Assembly (NCBI RefSeq): GCF_016432865.1
Contig: NC_067403.1
Coordinates: 245,582,001 to 245,646,000, forward strand
From: Antechinus flavipes
Taxonomy: Eukaryota
Length of the DNA stretch: 64,000 nt
Reading direction: 5' to 3'
In this document: one piece after another, positions 12,228-24,420 of the stretch
How positions within the stretch are numbered: the first letter of the stretch is position 1
Layout of the letters: each line of letters opens with the position of its first letter
Notes under the pieces: model-generated
Database searches by the model: none
What the model saw: the letters and a program-made list of their open reading frames with translations, nothing else
What the model was told of the DNA's origin: nothing
Position numbers and translations under genes: made by a program

Positions 12228-13436
12228 AGTGATAGTCCTTTAAATGTTAAAAGGTAGCTATTTTTCTCCCACTACATTACAAGCCTTTTCTTCTCTAGTT
12301 TAATCATTTTTTTTCATTTCCTTGACTAATCTTTTTATGGTTATTTCAATTGTTCTTGATAGCATTATTATTTTTCAGATATCCAAATTGCTTTCATAAG
12401 CGTTGTACCTAGAACTGAACACAAATTTGAGATTTGATGAGAGAAGAGAAAAATGGTATTGGTGATCATTTGATTTTAAAAATAATGTTTCAGTAATTTA
12501 CTCTAAGATTTAATATACTCATAGTGCTTCTATCCAATTAACATTTGCTACTACATAATTTATATTCACAATATGTAAAGACTGAATGTATCATTTTCTC
12601 CCAATAAAACAATGGTCTTCCAAACAGAATTATGAGATTTTTTTGTCAGAAAAGAGGAATTTCTCAGTCAATAAACATTTATTAAATATCTACTAATTGT
12701 CAGATACTGTGATAATTGTGAGGAATAGAAAGTTCCTGTTCTCAAGGAAATCACAGAAAGATAATATACAAGCAACTAGTTAAAAACAATGCAAGATAAA
12801 TCTGAAATAATTAGAAAAGAATAGATACTAGATATAAAAGGGGAGGGACAATATCCTATATTACTGTAAAGATTGTACAAATACTCCAGCAAATATTTGA
12901 TGAGTAATTTCTATGAATTGAATACTTTTCTAATATTATGTGGAGTAGAATCAATGAAACACAAGATTGAAAATTTTAAACTACAAAATTATTTATTTTA
13001 ATTCTTAAGTGCCATAAATCCAAAGCTGAAAGGGAGGTTAGCAATTACTTAGTCAAATGACTATTTTTTTTAATTAATAAGGAACCTGAATTCTAGGGAT
13101 ATTGTCAAAGGTCCCCTCTCTGCTTTGCAGCAGAGTAGAATTGGAATCCCTCTCTTCATATTACACTGCAGAAACTTATTCTGGTATCATAAACTATCAT
13201 GATTGAAAGATTCCTAACTCTTCCCACAGCTAGTTCTTTTGCCTTATTAAATTTAGTTGAGTATTCATGTAAAGTATCTCTCCAAGTCTAAGACAGGTTT
13301 CTCTAAATATTTAACAGTAATAACATAAAATGTGCAAGGACATCATTTACTCAAAATGTCAGTTCTATAAAACTCATCTTAAACCCTCTAACCTGTCTTT
13401 CCATTATTCCCATGACAGATGAAACCAGAAGAATAA

Positions 13437-14384
13437 ATGATTTCAGCAAATCTCTCCCACGTAACCACATTCATTCTCATTGGAGTCTCAGAGCGACAAG
13501 AGCTTCAACTTCCCCTCTTCTTCATCTTCTTAGCAATCTATGGAGTGACAGTGACTGGAAATGTGGGAATCATCACACTCACTAGTATAGATTCTCGACT
13601 TCAAACTCCCATGTACTTTTTCCTCAGACACTTGGCAATCATCAATCTTGGCAATTCCACTGTCATTGCTCCCCAGATGCTGGTTAATTTTTTGGTGGAG
13701 GAAAAAACCATTTCCTACTATGGGTGTGCAACTCAACTGGGAGGTTTCTTAGTCTTCATTGTTGCTGAAATTTTCATGTTGGCTGCAATGGCCTATGACC
13801 GCTATGTGGCTATTTGTAATCCCCTGTTATACATGGTTGTGGTATCACGGAAGGTTTGCATTCTACTCGTTGTTCTCACATATATTTACAGTTTAACTAC
13901 AGCAGTGACTGTAACATCCTGTGTTTTTTCAATGTCTTATTGTTCTTCCAATATCATTAATCATTTTTACTGTGATAATGTTCCTTTGTTAGCATTATCC
14001 TGCTCTGACACCTACATCCCAGAAACAGCAGTTTTCACTTTTTCAGGAACGAATCTCTTCTTTTCAATGATTATAGTCATTGTGTCCTACTTCTTCATCA
14101 TTTTGGCCATCCTGAGGATACGTTCAGCAGAAGGGAGAAAAAAAGCTTTCTCCACCTGTGCTTCCCACATGACAGCTGTCACTGTTTTCTATGGGACACT
14201 CCTTTTCATGTATTTACAACCCCGATCAAACCATTCCTTAGATACTGATAAAATGGCTTCAGTGTTTTATACACTAGTGATCCCCATGTTGAACCCTATG
14301 ATCTATAGCCTAAGGAACAAGGATGTGAAGGAGGCTCTGAAGAGAATCCTCACCAACCCTTGCCAAACTTTTAAAATCACATAA
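13437..14384 (+). CDS. OR8J-like: Olfactory receptor, family 8 subfamily J-like (315 aa)
   Basis: OR motifs plus OR8J-typical segments [85 protein letters not shown], and tail TNPCQTFK. Candidate splice acceptor CAG ends at 13418. Confidence 0.93.
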   Translation: MISANLSHVTTFILIGVSERQELQLPLFFIFLAIYGVTVTGNVGIITLTSIDSRLQTPMYFFLRHLAIINLGNSTVIAPQMLVNFLVEEKTISYYGCATQLGGFLVFIVAEIFMLAAMAYDRYVAICNPLLYMVVVSRKVCILLVVLTYIYSLTTAVTVTSCVFSMSYCSSNIINHFYCDNVPLLALSCSDTYIPETAVFTFSGTNLFFSMIIVIVSYFFIILAILRIRSAEGRKKAFSTCASHMTAVTVFYGTLLFMYLQPRSNHSLDTDKMASVFYTLVIPMLNPMIYSLRNKDVKEALKRILTNPCQTFKIT

Positions 14385-14984
14385 ATTTAAAAACATATAA
14401 CTAAATAAATATCCAAGTAAACCACGAAATGTATAGGCTCAGGCAGGAGCTATCATATAATGGGGCAATCAATAAATGACCAGAAATATAAAAATGTTAG
14501 ATGAGAATAAGTGGATTAAGGGATTCAAAATGAATAAACAAGAGTATCAAATTCAAATAAAGATCCTTGATCTTTGATTTTGATTTATTGATTTAAAAAA
14601 AAACATATATTAACATTATTTATTTTATTACACATTTACCAATTATGTTTAATTTTATTCAGTCAGCAATGCAAAGAGGGCTATGTATTTGATATCTGTC
14701 AATAATAGTTTGCAAGAAAGATACTAATAGAAAGGTAAATTAGGAAGGAGTAGGGATCAAAAGTAGATGAGATCTTAGAATCAAGTAAAATTGGATAGCT
14801 TAAATGTAGAACCTATAAGATGCAGGACCAAGAATTTCATCTTAATGTCTTAGGACTTAAAAAAAAAAACTTCCTATTGAACTAAATGTTTCTAATATGA
14901 AGCAGCAGTACAAATAGAGGAATAGGAGTTGTATGTGTACTATTATCATGATAGGAGAATTTAAGTTTAAGAAGTCTCCTTAAA

Positions 14985-14986
14985 AC

Positions 14987-15027
<41 letters not shown>

Positions 15028-16180
15028 CTAAACACATATATAGTATATATACACATATATAATATACATGCATNNNNNNNNNNNNNNNNNNNNNNNNNNN
15101 NNNNNNNNNNNNNNNNNNNNNNNNNNNNNNNNNNNNNNNNNNNNNNNNNNNNNNNNNNNNNNNNNNNNNNNNNNNNNNNNNNNNNNNNNNNNNNNNNNNN
15201 NNNNNNNNNNNNNNNNNNNNNNNNNNNNNNNNNNNNNNNNNNNNNNNNNNNNNNNNNNNNNNNNNNNNNNNNNNNNNNNNNNNNNNNNNNNNNNNNNNNN
15301 NNNNNNNNNNNNNNNNNNNNNNNNNNNNNNNNNNNNNNNNNNNNNNNNNNNNNNNNNNNNNNNNNNNNNNNNNNNNNNNNNNNNNNNNNNNNNNNNNNNN
15401 NNNNNNNNNNNNNNNNNNNNNNNNNNNNNNNNNNNNNNNNNNNNNNNNNNNNNNNNNNNNNNNNNNNNNNNNNNNNNNNNNNNNNNNNNNNNNNNNNNNN
15501 NNNNNNNNNNNNNNNNNNNNNNNNNNNNNNNNNNNNNNNNNNNNNNNNNNNNNNNNNNNNNNNNNNNNNNNNNNNNNNNNNNNNNNNNNNNNNNNNNNNN
15601 NNNNNNNNNNNNNNNNNNNNNNNNNNNNNNNNNNNNNNNNNNNNNNNNNNNNNNNNNNNNNNNNNNNNNNNNNNNNNNNNNNNNNNNNNNNNNNNNNNNN
15701 NNNNNNNNNNNNNNNNNNNNNNNNNNNNNNNNNNNNNNNNNNNNNNNNNNNNNNNNNNNNNNNNNNNNNNNNNNNNNNNNNNNNNNNNNNNNNNNNNNNN
15801 NNNNNNNNNNNNNNNNNNNNNNNNNNNNNNNNNNNNNNNNNNNNNNNNNNNNNNNNNNNNNNNNNNNNNNNNNNNNNNNNNNNNNNNNNNNNNNNNNNNN
15901 NNNNNNNNNNNNNNNNNNNNNNNNNNNNNNNNNNNNNNNNNNNNNNNNNNNNNATATATATGCATATATGCACACATTTAATATACATATATACACACAA
16001 TATAATATGCATACATATATACATATATAATATATATGCACATGTATATTGTGTGTACATATACACACATATATTATATACACATACACACATATATAAA
16101 AACATTATATATACACATATAACACACATATAATATATACATGCATACACATATAACATATATACATATATATTATATAT
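14985..16180. repeat. (CA)n microsatellite (14991-15024) plus TA/CA-rich low-complexity tract spanning a large gap
   Basis: Direct reading of the dinucleotide repeats. Confidence 0.95.
15074..15953. other. Assembly gap (N run, 880 nt)
   Basis: Run of N. Confidence 0.99.
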
Positions 16181-16254
16181 GTAATTTTGTTGAATGATCT
16201 AATGATCCAAGTTCATTCAAATGCTTATTAATATTATATGTAGAAGTAAATGTT

Positions 16255-16534
16255 ATAGCATTTTCACTATTTTTGTTGTTGTTTGCATTTTGTTTTGCTT
16301 CTTTTTTTTTTGTACTTGTTTGATTTGATCTTTCTTGTACAGCACGATAATTGTATAAATATGTATGCATATATTGGATTTAACATATATTTCTACCATG
16401 TTTAACATATATTAAACTATTTGCCATCTAGAGGAGGGCAGGGGGGAAGGGAGGGAAAATTAGAACACAAGGTTTTGCAAGGGCTAATGTTGTAGAATTA
16501 GCCATGCATGTGTTTTGAAAAATAAAAAGCTTAA
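16255..16534 (+). mobile_element. LINE-1 3' UTR tail (host of nested insertions; its poly-A resumes at about 18815-18831)
   Basis: Same tail family as 30230-30515 and 59100-59400 (tggatttaacata...gccatctag...ggaacacaagg...aataaaaagctt). Confidence 0.8.
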
Positions 16535-16720
16535 AGATAATGTGGAATTTTGGAGGGGATGTGGGAAAACAGGGACACTAATACATTGTTGGTGGAATTG
16601 TGAATATATCCAGCCATTCTGGAGAGCAATTTCGAACTATGTTCAAAAAGTTATCAAACTGTGCATATCCTTTGATTCAGCAGTGTTTCTATTGGGCTTA
16701 TATCCCAAAGGAATCTTAAA
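16535..16720 (+). mobile_element. LINE-1 ORF2 fragment (5' piece of an insertion whose 3' piece is 18255-18807)
   Basis: Translates WRGCGKTGTLIHCWWNCEYIQPFWRAISNYVQKVIKLCISFDSAVFLLGLYPKGILK. Confidence 0.85.
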
Positions 16721-18254
16721 GTACCTTTCCAGTATTCTTTCTTTGGGTATAGCTGCTTCTGTCAGTCATTGTTCAATTGAAACTCAGATCTTCTCTTTGT
16801 TGAAGAAATCCACTTCTGTCAGAATACATCTTCATACATTATTGTTGTTGATGTATATAATGATCTCCTGGTTCTGCTCATTTCACTTAGCATCAGTTTC
16901 TGTAAGTCTCTCCAAGCCTCTCTGTATTCATCCTGCTGGTCATTTCTTACAGAATAATAATATTCCATAATATTCATATACCACAATTTACCCAGCCATT
17001 CTCCAATTGATGGGCATCCATTCATTTTCCAGTTTCTAGCCACTACAAACAGGGCTGCTACAAACATTTTGGCACATACAGGTCCCTTTCCCTTCTTTAG
17101 TATCTCTTTGGGGTATAAGCCCAGTAGTAGCACTGCTGGATCAAAGGGTATGAACAGTTTGATAACTTTTGGGGCATAATTCCAGATTGCTCTCCAGAAT
17201 GGTTGGATTCGTTCACAACTCCACCAACAATGCATCAGTGTCCCAGTTTTCCCGCATCCCCTCCAATATTCATCATTTTTTTTCCCTGTCATCTTAGCCA
17301 ATCTGACAGGTGTGTAGTGGTATCTCAGAGTTGTCTTGATTTGCATTTCTCTGATCAATATTGATTTGGAATAGTCTTTCATATGAGTGGAAATAGTTTC
17401 AATTTCATCCTCTGAAAATTGTCTATTCATATCCTTTGACCATTTATCAATTGGAGAATGACTTGATTTCTTGTAGATTTGAGTCAATTCTCTATATATT
17501 TTGGAAATGTGGCCTTTATCAGAACCTTTAACTGTGAAGATGTTTTCCCAGTTTGTTGCTTCCCTTCTAATCTTGTTTGCATTAGTTTTGTTTGTACAAA
17601 GACTTTTTAATTTGATATAATCAAAATGTTCTATTTTGTGACCAATAATGATCTTTAGTTCATCTTTGGTCATAAATTTCTTCCTCCTCCACAAGTCTGA
17701 GAGGTAAACTATCCTATATTCCTCTAATTTATTTACAATCTCATTCTTTATGCCTAAATCATGGACCCATTTTGATCTTATCTTGGTATACAGTGTTGAG
17801 TGTGGCTCCACGCCTAATTTCTGCCATACTAATTTCCAGTTTTCCCAGAAGCTTTTGTTAAATAATGAATTCTTATCCCAAAAGTTGGGATCTTTGGGTT
17901 TGTCAAACACTAGATTGCTATAATTGACTATTGTGTCTTATGAACCTAACTTATTCCACTGATCAACTAATCTATTTCTTAGGCAATACCAAATGGTTTT
18001 GGTGATTGCTGCTTTATAATATAGTTTAGATCAAATACAGCTAGGCCACCTTCATTTGATTTTTTTTTCATCAATTCCCTTGAGATTCTTGACCTTTTGT
18101 GCTTCCATATGAATTTTGTTGTTATTTTTTCTAGATCATTAAAATATTTTCTTGGGAGTCTGATTGGTATAAGCACTAAATAAATAGATCAGTTTAGGGA
18201 GTATTGTCATCTTTATTATATTCACTCGGCCTATCCAAGAGCACTTAATATTTT
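16721..18254 (-). mobile_element. Relatively young LINE-1, ORF2 C-terminal region with partial 3' UTR, no poly-A
   Basis: Uninterrupted 363-aa ORF 16819-17910 (NSLFNK..WENW, KIRSKW, YIKLKSLCT, PIDKWSKDMNRQF, RGCGKTGTLMHCWWSC) plus a frameshifted upstream piece at 17979-18176. Confidence 0.93.
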
Positions 18255-18807
18255 TATATTATGGAATATTAATGTTTGGTAAGAAATGACCAGCCAGAGG
18301 ATTTCAGAAAGGCCTGGAGAGACTTACATGAACTGATGCTGAGTAAAATGAGCAGGACCAGAAGATCATTATATACTTCAACAATACTATATGATGATCA
18401 TTTCTGATGGACATGGCCATCTCCAGCAATGAGATAAACCAAATCAGTTCCAATAGAGCAGTAATGAATCGAACCAGCTACACCTAGTGAAAGAAGTCTG
18501 GGAGATGACTATGAACCATTACATAGAATTCCCAATCCCTCTATTTTTGTCTGGCTGCATTTTTGATTTCCTTCACATGCTAACAGTACACTATTTCAAA
18601 CTCTGATTCTTTTTGTACAGTAAAATAACTGCTAGGATGTATATACTTTAGCATACTTAACATGTATTGTTCAACCTGCCATCAGAGGGAGGGGATGGAG
18701 GGAAGGAGGGGAAAAAAATGGAACAAAAGGTTTGGAAATTGTCAATGTTGTAAAATTACCCTGCATATAACTTGCAAATAAAAAGATATAATAAAAAAAG
18801 AAAAAGA
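18255..18807 (+). mobile_element. LINE-1 3' end with poly-A
   Basis: Resumes at IMEYY..VRND..AWRDLHELMLS-type coding DNA, then 3' UTR and A-rich tail at 18791-18807. Confidence 0.88.
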
Positions 18808-19937
18808 AAAAAGCTTTAATTAAAAAAAAAAGTAAATGTTATTTTGACTAATTTTTTGTCTATAAATAAGCACTTATTAAGAGTCCATTATGAAGCAGAT
18901 TCTGAACTAATTTTTGGAAATAAAAAGAAAGAAAAGCCTGTCTTTGATCTTAAGCTCACATTTAATGGGGGTTATATTTAAATCAGTATTACAAACCAAC
19001 TATAAACAAGATAAGTTGTATATAAAGAACAGAGCAAAGATACTAGAATTTGGGAGTGGGGTGGGAATTACAATGCCACAAAATTAATATGAAACAATCA
19101 CAAGCTTGTTGAAAGCATATATTTAGTCATCTTTTAATGAATTGACTTCAGTTTGGCTAGATGAGTTCTTTATGGTCCTTAAGAGTCAGGATGGATATAA
19201 GGGTTATACTTATACACCTGATACAGTTCTGATTTTGACTAGATCTTTTACCTAGGTTATATAGTCATTTTTCTTCATTTATCATTTTAAAATGGAAGAA
19301 CACTAAATAGAAAGATTTAGGGAAAGGCAATGTGACCAGTACAATATATATGTTGCAAGCATTTGTCTTTACAATCAGTTGAATTTATTGATTTTAGTAT
19401 AGAAAAATAGCTCCTGATGTGGTCCTTTATTTAAGTAATTAAATGTATCATTCCCATTTGCCAAGATTTAAGCATTGAGGTATTTGATGGATTGACTTTT
19501 TCTGGACATAGTAATGAAAGAAGAAATAACTCTGTGTAGAAAAGAACCCACATCAGGACACCCTGTACATTTTCTGTCATTCTTAGCAATTTAAAAATCA
19601 CCCATATTTTATCCTTGAATTCTTCCTTAAATTCATTATATTTTCTAATTTGAAATTCTATTAATGTATTTGGTTGCTGGGATAACAATGGATCCTAAAC
19701 TTCTCAAGTACAAATGCAGAGCATCTGTTCTAGACTCTGTAATATTATTTGTATAAAACAGAGGAAATCATATCTGTTGGAAGATTAAAATTTAGAATAT
19801 CATCATGTATAAAGGTCAGTGTGTCTCCTTTTGGATGATAATTGTCTAATAGCTCTTAGAATTAGGTAGAATTTATGTATAATTCAGATCATGGTTGCAA
19901 TCACCTGACAACCTCCCTGGGGTGATAATATAGAAGT

Positions 19938-20067
19938 CATTAAAACTCTTGTATACTTCAGGGATAATGCCTCAAAAGGACCTAGAAACCTATAAATTCT
20001 CCCTTGATCAGCTGGAAGAAGGAACAATATGATCAAGCCACGACCAGATGTGAAATTCAAGGTGAGA
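19938..20067 (+). promoter_or_regulatory. Putative OR promoter and 5' non-coding exon (module A, copy 1; for the OR at 22586)
   Basis: CATTA 19938; O/E-like TTCAGGGA 19957-19964 and CTCAAAAG 19971-19978; TATAAA 19991-19996; donor AAG/GTGAG with GT at 20062. Most divergent copy of the module. Confidence 0.55.
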
Positions 20068-21745
20068 AATAACATTAGTCTTTGTCATCATATCAGGCTT
20101 ATGATATTAAAAATTTTCCAAGCTTCCTAGATTCAGTTATATGACATTAGAAGAGATTGCTAAAGTCTCCAGATTCACCAGATCTCAGCAACTGCTGCAC
20201 AGAAGTTTAGAAGTTTGAGGCAACAAACAATATAGTATTTACTGAAATGGCACATATTCAAGTGCCACCTCAATCCAAGAATTGTTCCCATTATGAGAGT
20301 TCTCAGAAACAGTTAGAAGGATATGTGATAAAAGCCAGTGGGTGAGTAATTGAATGAGTTGCAATAACATCATTATTATAGAAATAAAATTAACCCCTAC
20401 TAACTTCAGAAAGGCATCAGGATATTTAAGTAAGAATATTTAATAATTTGATTACTGAAAATATGAAACTAGAAGGCAGACTATATCTTCTAATAGTTTT
20501 TGGCAAATCTTTGATTTCCAGAAACCAAAGCAAATGCATTGTTAACATTTGTGATGAAATTCATCTAAGAGACTATTGGACACTCATATGCATGTAGGTA
20601 GAGATTTTTATATAGTCCCAGAGTTGGAGAACAGGACAGAGTTCATAAGAGTTTCTACATGATCTCTCTATCAAAACTTTTTTGTAAACACAGAAATCTC
20701 ACCAAGTATAAGGGCTTTGCTGGAGTACTTCCTCTGTACTGGAAATGAGGGAAGTGTACATTCAATGATAACCCAAGTTGGCTAAGATTCAGAATGACCC
20801 AATTAAAAAAAAAAAAAAAAACTTCTTGAAATGGCCACCTCAAGATAGAATTGTTATCATGTCCCACATTTCCCTCTAAAAATACACAAATAGTTTATGG
20901 ATTCATTATGATTTAAAAAAAAATATAAAACTGAATTTGAAAATCTCAGTTTGAAAAAAAAAGGAAAAGAAAAGATAGATTTTTCTTTCCTCTTAAACTT
21001 CCAAATAGAGTTACTTTACTTTTATTTACTTTTTTTTGGGGGGGGGCGGTAAGGACAAATTTCAGAGAGGATTATTTTATGTCTTTAATTAAAATAAAAA
21101 AAATAATCATCATATTTCCCTTTCCTTACTGTCCTCTCATATCTATCAGTCTTCATTCTGTGTTAGCAATCCCTCAGTGTTATTCAGTATATGAATTACC
21201 TTAGGGTGTATGATTTTTTTTTACTTTTCTAAACCCTTCCAATTAATATTTTCCCCCAAGAAACAGTTGTACACTTGTTGTGGAACATCTCAATTTTTCT
21301 TTATTTTCCTTTATTAATTTATCATTTACTTATTTAAAAATGCTTTTTGATTGATGAATTTGCTAATTTATCACTTTCAGTTTGTCAATTTAATCACTCT
21401 AGGAAACACCAACTACTTTTTCTTGGAATAGAAGTTAATAGCTACTCCACACAATTCAGTGTTAGAGATCTACCCATGGTTCTAAGTGGTCATGGAATTT
21501 CAGAGGGTCAAACAACTAGGCTATAAATATATCTTAATAGTAAGCCTCCAAAATCTTCATTCACCTGTCATCCCAGAACATTTGGTCCTTCATTATTGAA
21601 TTAATTTAAAAACCCCAAAATAAAAGTACATACAATCATGGTCAGGAATTCTTATAAGTAACTGGGGGTGTGAACCAGTGAATAATGATCACTAATGTAT
21701 ACGAGTCCATAGGACTTCTGGTTGGATGTGGAGCAACTGAGCATT

Positions 21746-21911
21746 TCCTTTTTATTTCTTTTCTTTTTTTCCCTTTATTTCTTGGTGAGGATGTGGTGTT
21801 AAATGACCTGCCCAGGTTCACAAAGCTATTAAGTGTTTGAGGGTAGAATTGAATTCAAGTTCTCCTGACTTTAGAGCCAGCGCTCTCTCCCCTGTACCAT
21901 CTAGCTACCCC
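21746..21911 (-). mobile_element. CORE SINE (marsupial Mar1/WSINE/MIR-like)
   Basis: aaatgacctgcccaggttcacaaagct...gaattcaag...ctcctgact...ctagctacccc preceded by a T-rich tail. Confidence 0.8.
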
Positions 21912-22585
21912 ACAACTGGACATTTTCATTAAAAAGTAAATATCTTTAATATGACTTTATGTCTTTGAAAATGGTGGACATTTAATAAAAACAAAAACAA
22001 CAATAAATCATTATAAAACTGGATTGTTTTTTATAATTCAGGGACTAAAGAAAGTACTTAGAAGAAGCTACAAGAAATGAAGTTTTTTTTTTTTAATTTT
22101 ATTGTTGTTTTCAGGTCTTTTAGAGGTCACATTGGGAGTCTATCGATATTACCAAAATTTAACATTTCCTCAATGTAAAATATGATTCTTTCTCCAATTC
22201 ATTGATGGAAGTTTCTTTGAAGGTATTAACATTTTCACCTTGTTCCATTTCTTGGGAGTCAAGAACTCCATGACTGCTTATTGCAAATATTTTTGTCATA
22301 TACTGGGGATAGGAGGAAAGATGTTCTTGAATTCTAGAATTTGGTCTCAAATTCTTTATTAGTATTATTAATTTCATCTGTTTATCATAATTTCCACAGA
22401 CACCAAGATTATATATACATATATACATATATATATATAGTAAAGCAAAATTTAAAATGCTATGAAAATAACATCCAATTGTGATAATGATGATGATGAT
22501 GACAATGATGATGATGAATATAAAGATATATACTTAACGAAATATACTTCCTTTTTTCCCCAGGATATATTTTTAGATCAAAGAA

Positions 22586-23518
22586 ATGGAAGGAGGGAAT
22601 GAAACTGCAATGAACAAAGTGATTGAATTCATTTTCATGGGTGTCACAGATCTTCCAGAGTTACAAGTACCTCTCTTCCTGGTGTTTCTTTTCATCTACT
22701 CTGTCACAGTGGTGGCAAACCTTGGTATGGTCATCCTGACTAAGATCGATTCCCATCTGCAAACTCCCATGTATTTTTTCCTTAGACACCTATCTCTCAT
22801 TGATCTTGGTTACTCCACAGCCATTGGCCCCAAAATGTTAGTCAGTTTTGTAGTGGATAAAAATATAATTTCCTATACTGGGTGTGCAGTTCAACTATTT
22901 GTCTTTGTTACCTTGATCATCAGTGAACTTTTTGTGCTGTCAGCCATGGCCTATGACCGATATGTGGCTATCTGTAAGCCCCTACTCTACACAGTCATCA
23001 TGTCAGACAGAGTGTGTTGGATACTTGTGGCTATCCCTTACCTATACAGTACCTGTGTTTCCCTACTGATTGCTATTAAGATTTTTAATTCATCCTTTTG
23101 TAGATCTAATGTAATCAGGCATTTCTACTGTGACAATCTCCCATTGTTGTCCATGATTTGTTCTAATACCAGTGACATAGAGCTAATTATTTTGAGTCTT
23201 TCTGCTTTTAATCTATTTTCCTCCCTCCTAGTTGTTCTTGTTTCATATGTGTTTATTCTTGTGGCCATCCTCAGGATGAATTCTGCTGAGGGAAGGCGCA
23301 AAGCATTCTCTACCTGTGGTTCTCATTTCACCGTGTTAGTTGTCTTCTATGGGACACTAATCTTCATGTACTTGCAGCCTAAGTCTAGCCATTCCTTTGA
23401 TACAGACAAAATGGCTTCAGTATTTTACACCCTTGTGATTCCCATGCTTAACCCTTTGATTTACAGTTTAAGAAATACAGAGGTGAAAGCTGCCTTGAAA
23501 AGAACTCTAAGAAAATAG
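22586..23518 (+). CDS. OR8K-like: Olfactory receptor, family 8 subfamily K-like (310 aa)
   Basis: All canonical OR motifs intact ([59 protein letters not shown]). Acceptor ttttttccccag ends at 22563. Confidence 0.95.
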   Translation: MEGGNETAMNKVIEFIFMGVTDLPELQVPLFLVFLFIYSVTVVANLGMVILTKIDSHLQTPMYFFLRHLSLIDLGYSTAIGPKMLVSFVVDKNIISYTGCAVQLFVFVTLIISELFVLSAMAYDRYVAICKPLLYTVIMSDRVCWILVAIPYLYSTCVSLLIAIKIFNSSFCRSNVIRHFYCDNLPLLSMICSNTSDIELIILSLSAFNLFSSLLVVLVSYVFILVAILRMNSAEGRRKAFSTCGSHFTVLVVFYGTLIFMYLQPKSSHSFDTDKMASVFYTLVIPMLNPLIYSLRNTEVKAALKRTLRK

Positions 23519-23559
23519 ATGACTTTCTTATTGTTGATATGCAAAATGTTTCTAATTGA

Positions 23560-24420
23560 TTATAAAAGAAAAAAAAAGGTTAAAAAATGCATGAATATGT
23601 AGAAAAAAATGAAGCAAGAGATTAAAAATGAAATAAAAATTCTGGGGAAAAATTAAGGGAATTGAATATAAAACAAAGAAATAAACCTTGTCCCAAAAAA
23701 TAGATTCCATAAAAGCTAGAAGAGACCATCAGAAATCAATAATTCTGTGAGACAGAAAAAAAAGTAATTAGAATAAAACCAAGAGATTAAAAATGATTTA
23801 AAAAAAAAAAACTTTGTTATTTTATAAAAACTGATTTGGAAAATATTTGAAGGAAAAATTATTTAACAATACTTTTCAAATAATGAATTTCAATTTTTTA
23901 AACAAAATTTCAGTCTATTCTTTCATAAATTATCTCTTATCACTAAGTTTTATTAACTCAAAATGAAATTTACTCAGATCTTTTAGAACTATAGGATGAA
24001 ATAAAGATCAACATCACCCATCAATTACTTCCTGGAAGAAACATCAATAGAAAAAGCACCACAAATGTCATAAAGAAAATCCAGAGTTTCCATATTATAG
24101 GGAAAAATTACTACAAATATCTAGAATGAAGTAGCTCCCCCCCCCCAAAAAAAAAGAAAGAAAGAAAAAAAAATTATAGTTAAGATTATACTTAACATTT
24201 TTCCACAAAAAAGTCAGAGGAGAATACAATACAAGATTCAAAATACCATACACAATATAATAAATGTCATATGCTTGTGATTTAGAATAATTTAAACTGT
24301 AAAGCTGAATGTAAATGGTATGGGAGGTAGGAAGAGAAATCTACATAAATAGAATAAAAGACTTTCAAAATCATTGACTAAAAGACCCGAGCCGAGTAGG
24401 AAATTTGAAACAAAACATGA
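23560..24420 (+). mobile_element. Highly degraded LINE-1 ORF1-region relic
   Basis: A-rich; resembles the reverse complement of the ORF1 region at 42050-42600 (gatttggaaaat, atcttttagaac, cacccatcaattacttcctg, aaaatccagagtttcc). No open frame. Confidence 0.5.

Noticed and set aside
14882-16159. Four 320-425 aa ORFs
   Set aside because: Mostly X from the 880-nt gap and TA/CA repeats.
16535-18807. Twin-priming 5' inversion of one L1
   Set aside because: The opposed segments contain the same ORF2 region and different 3' UTR types, which one RNA template cannot produce.
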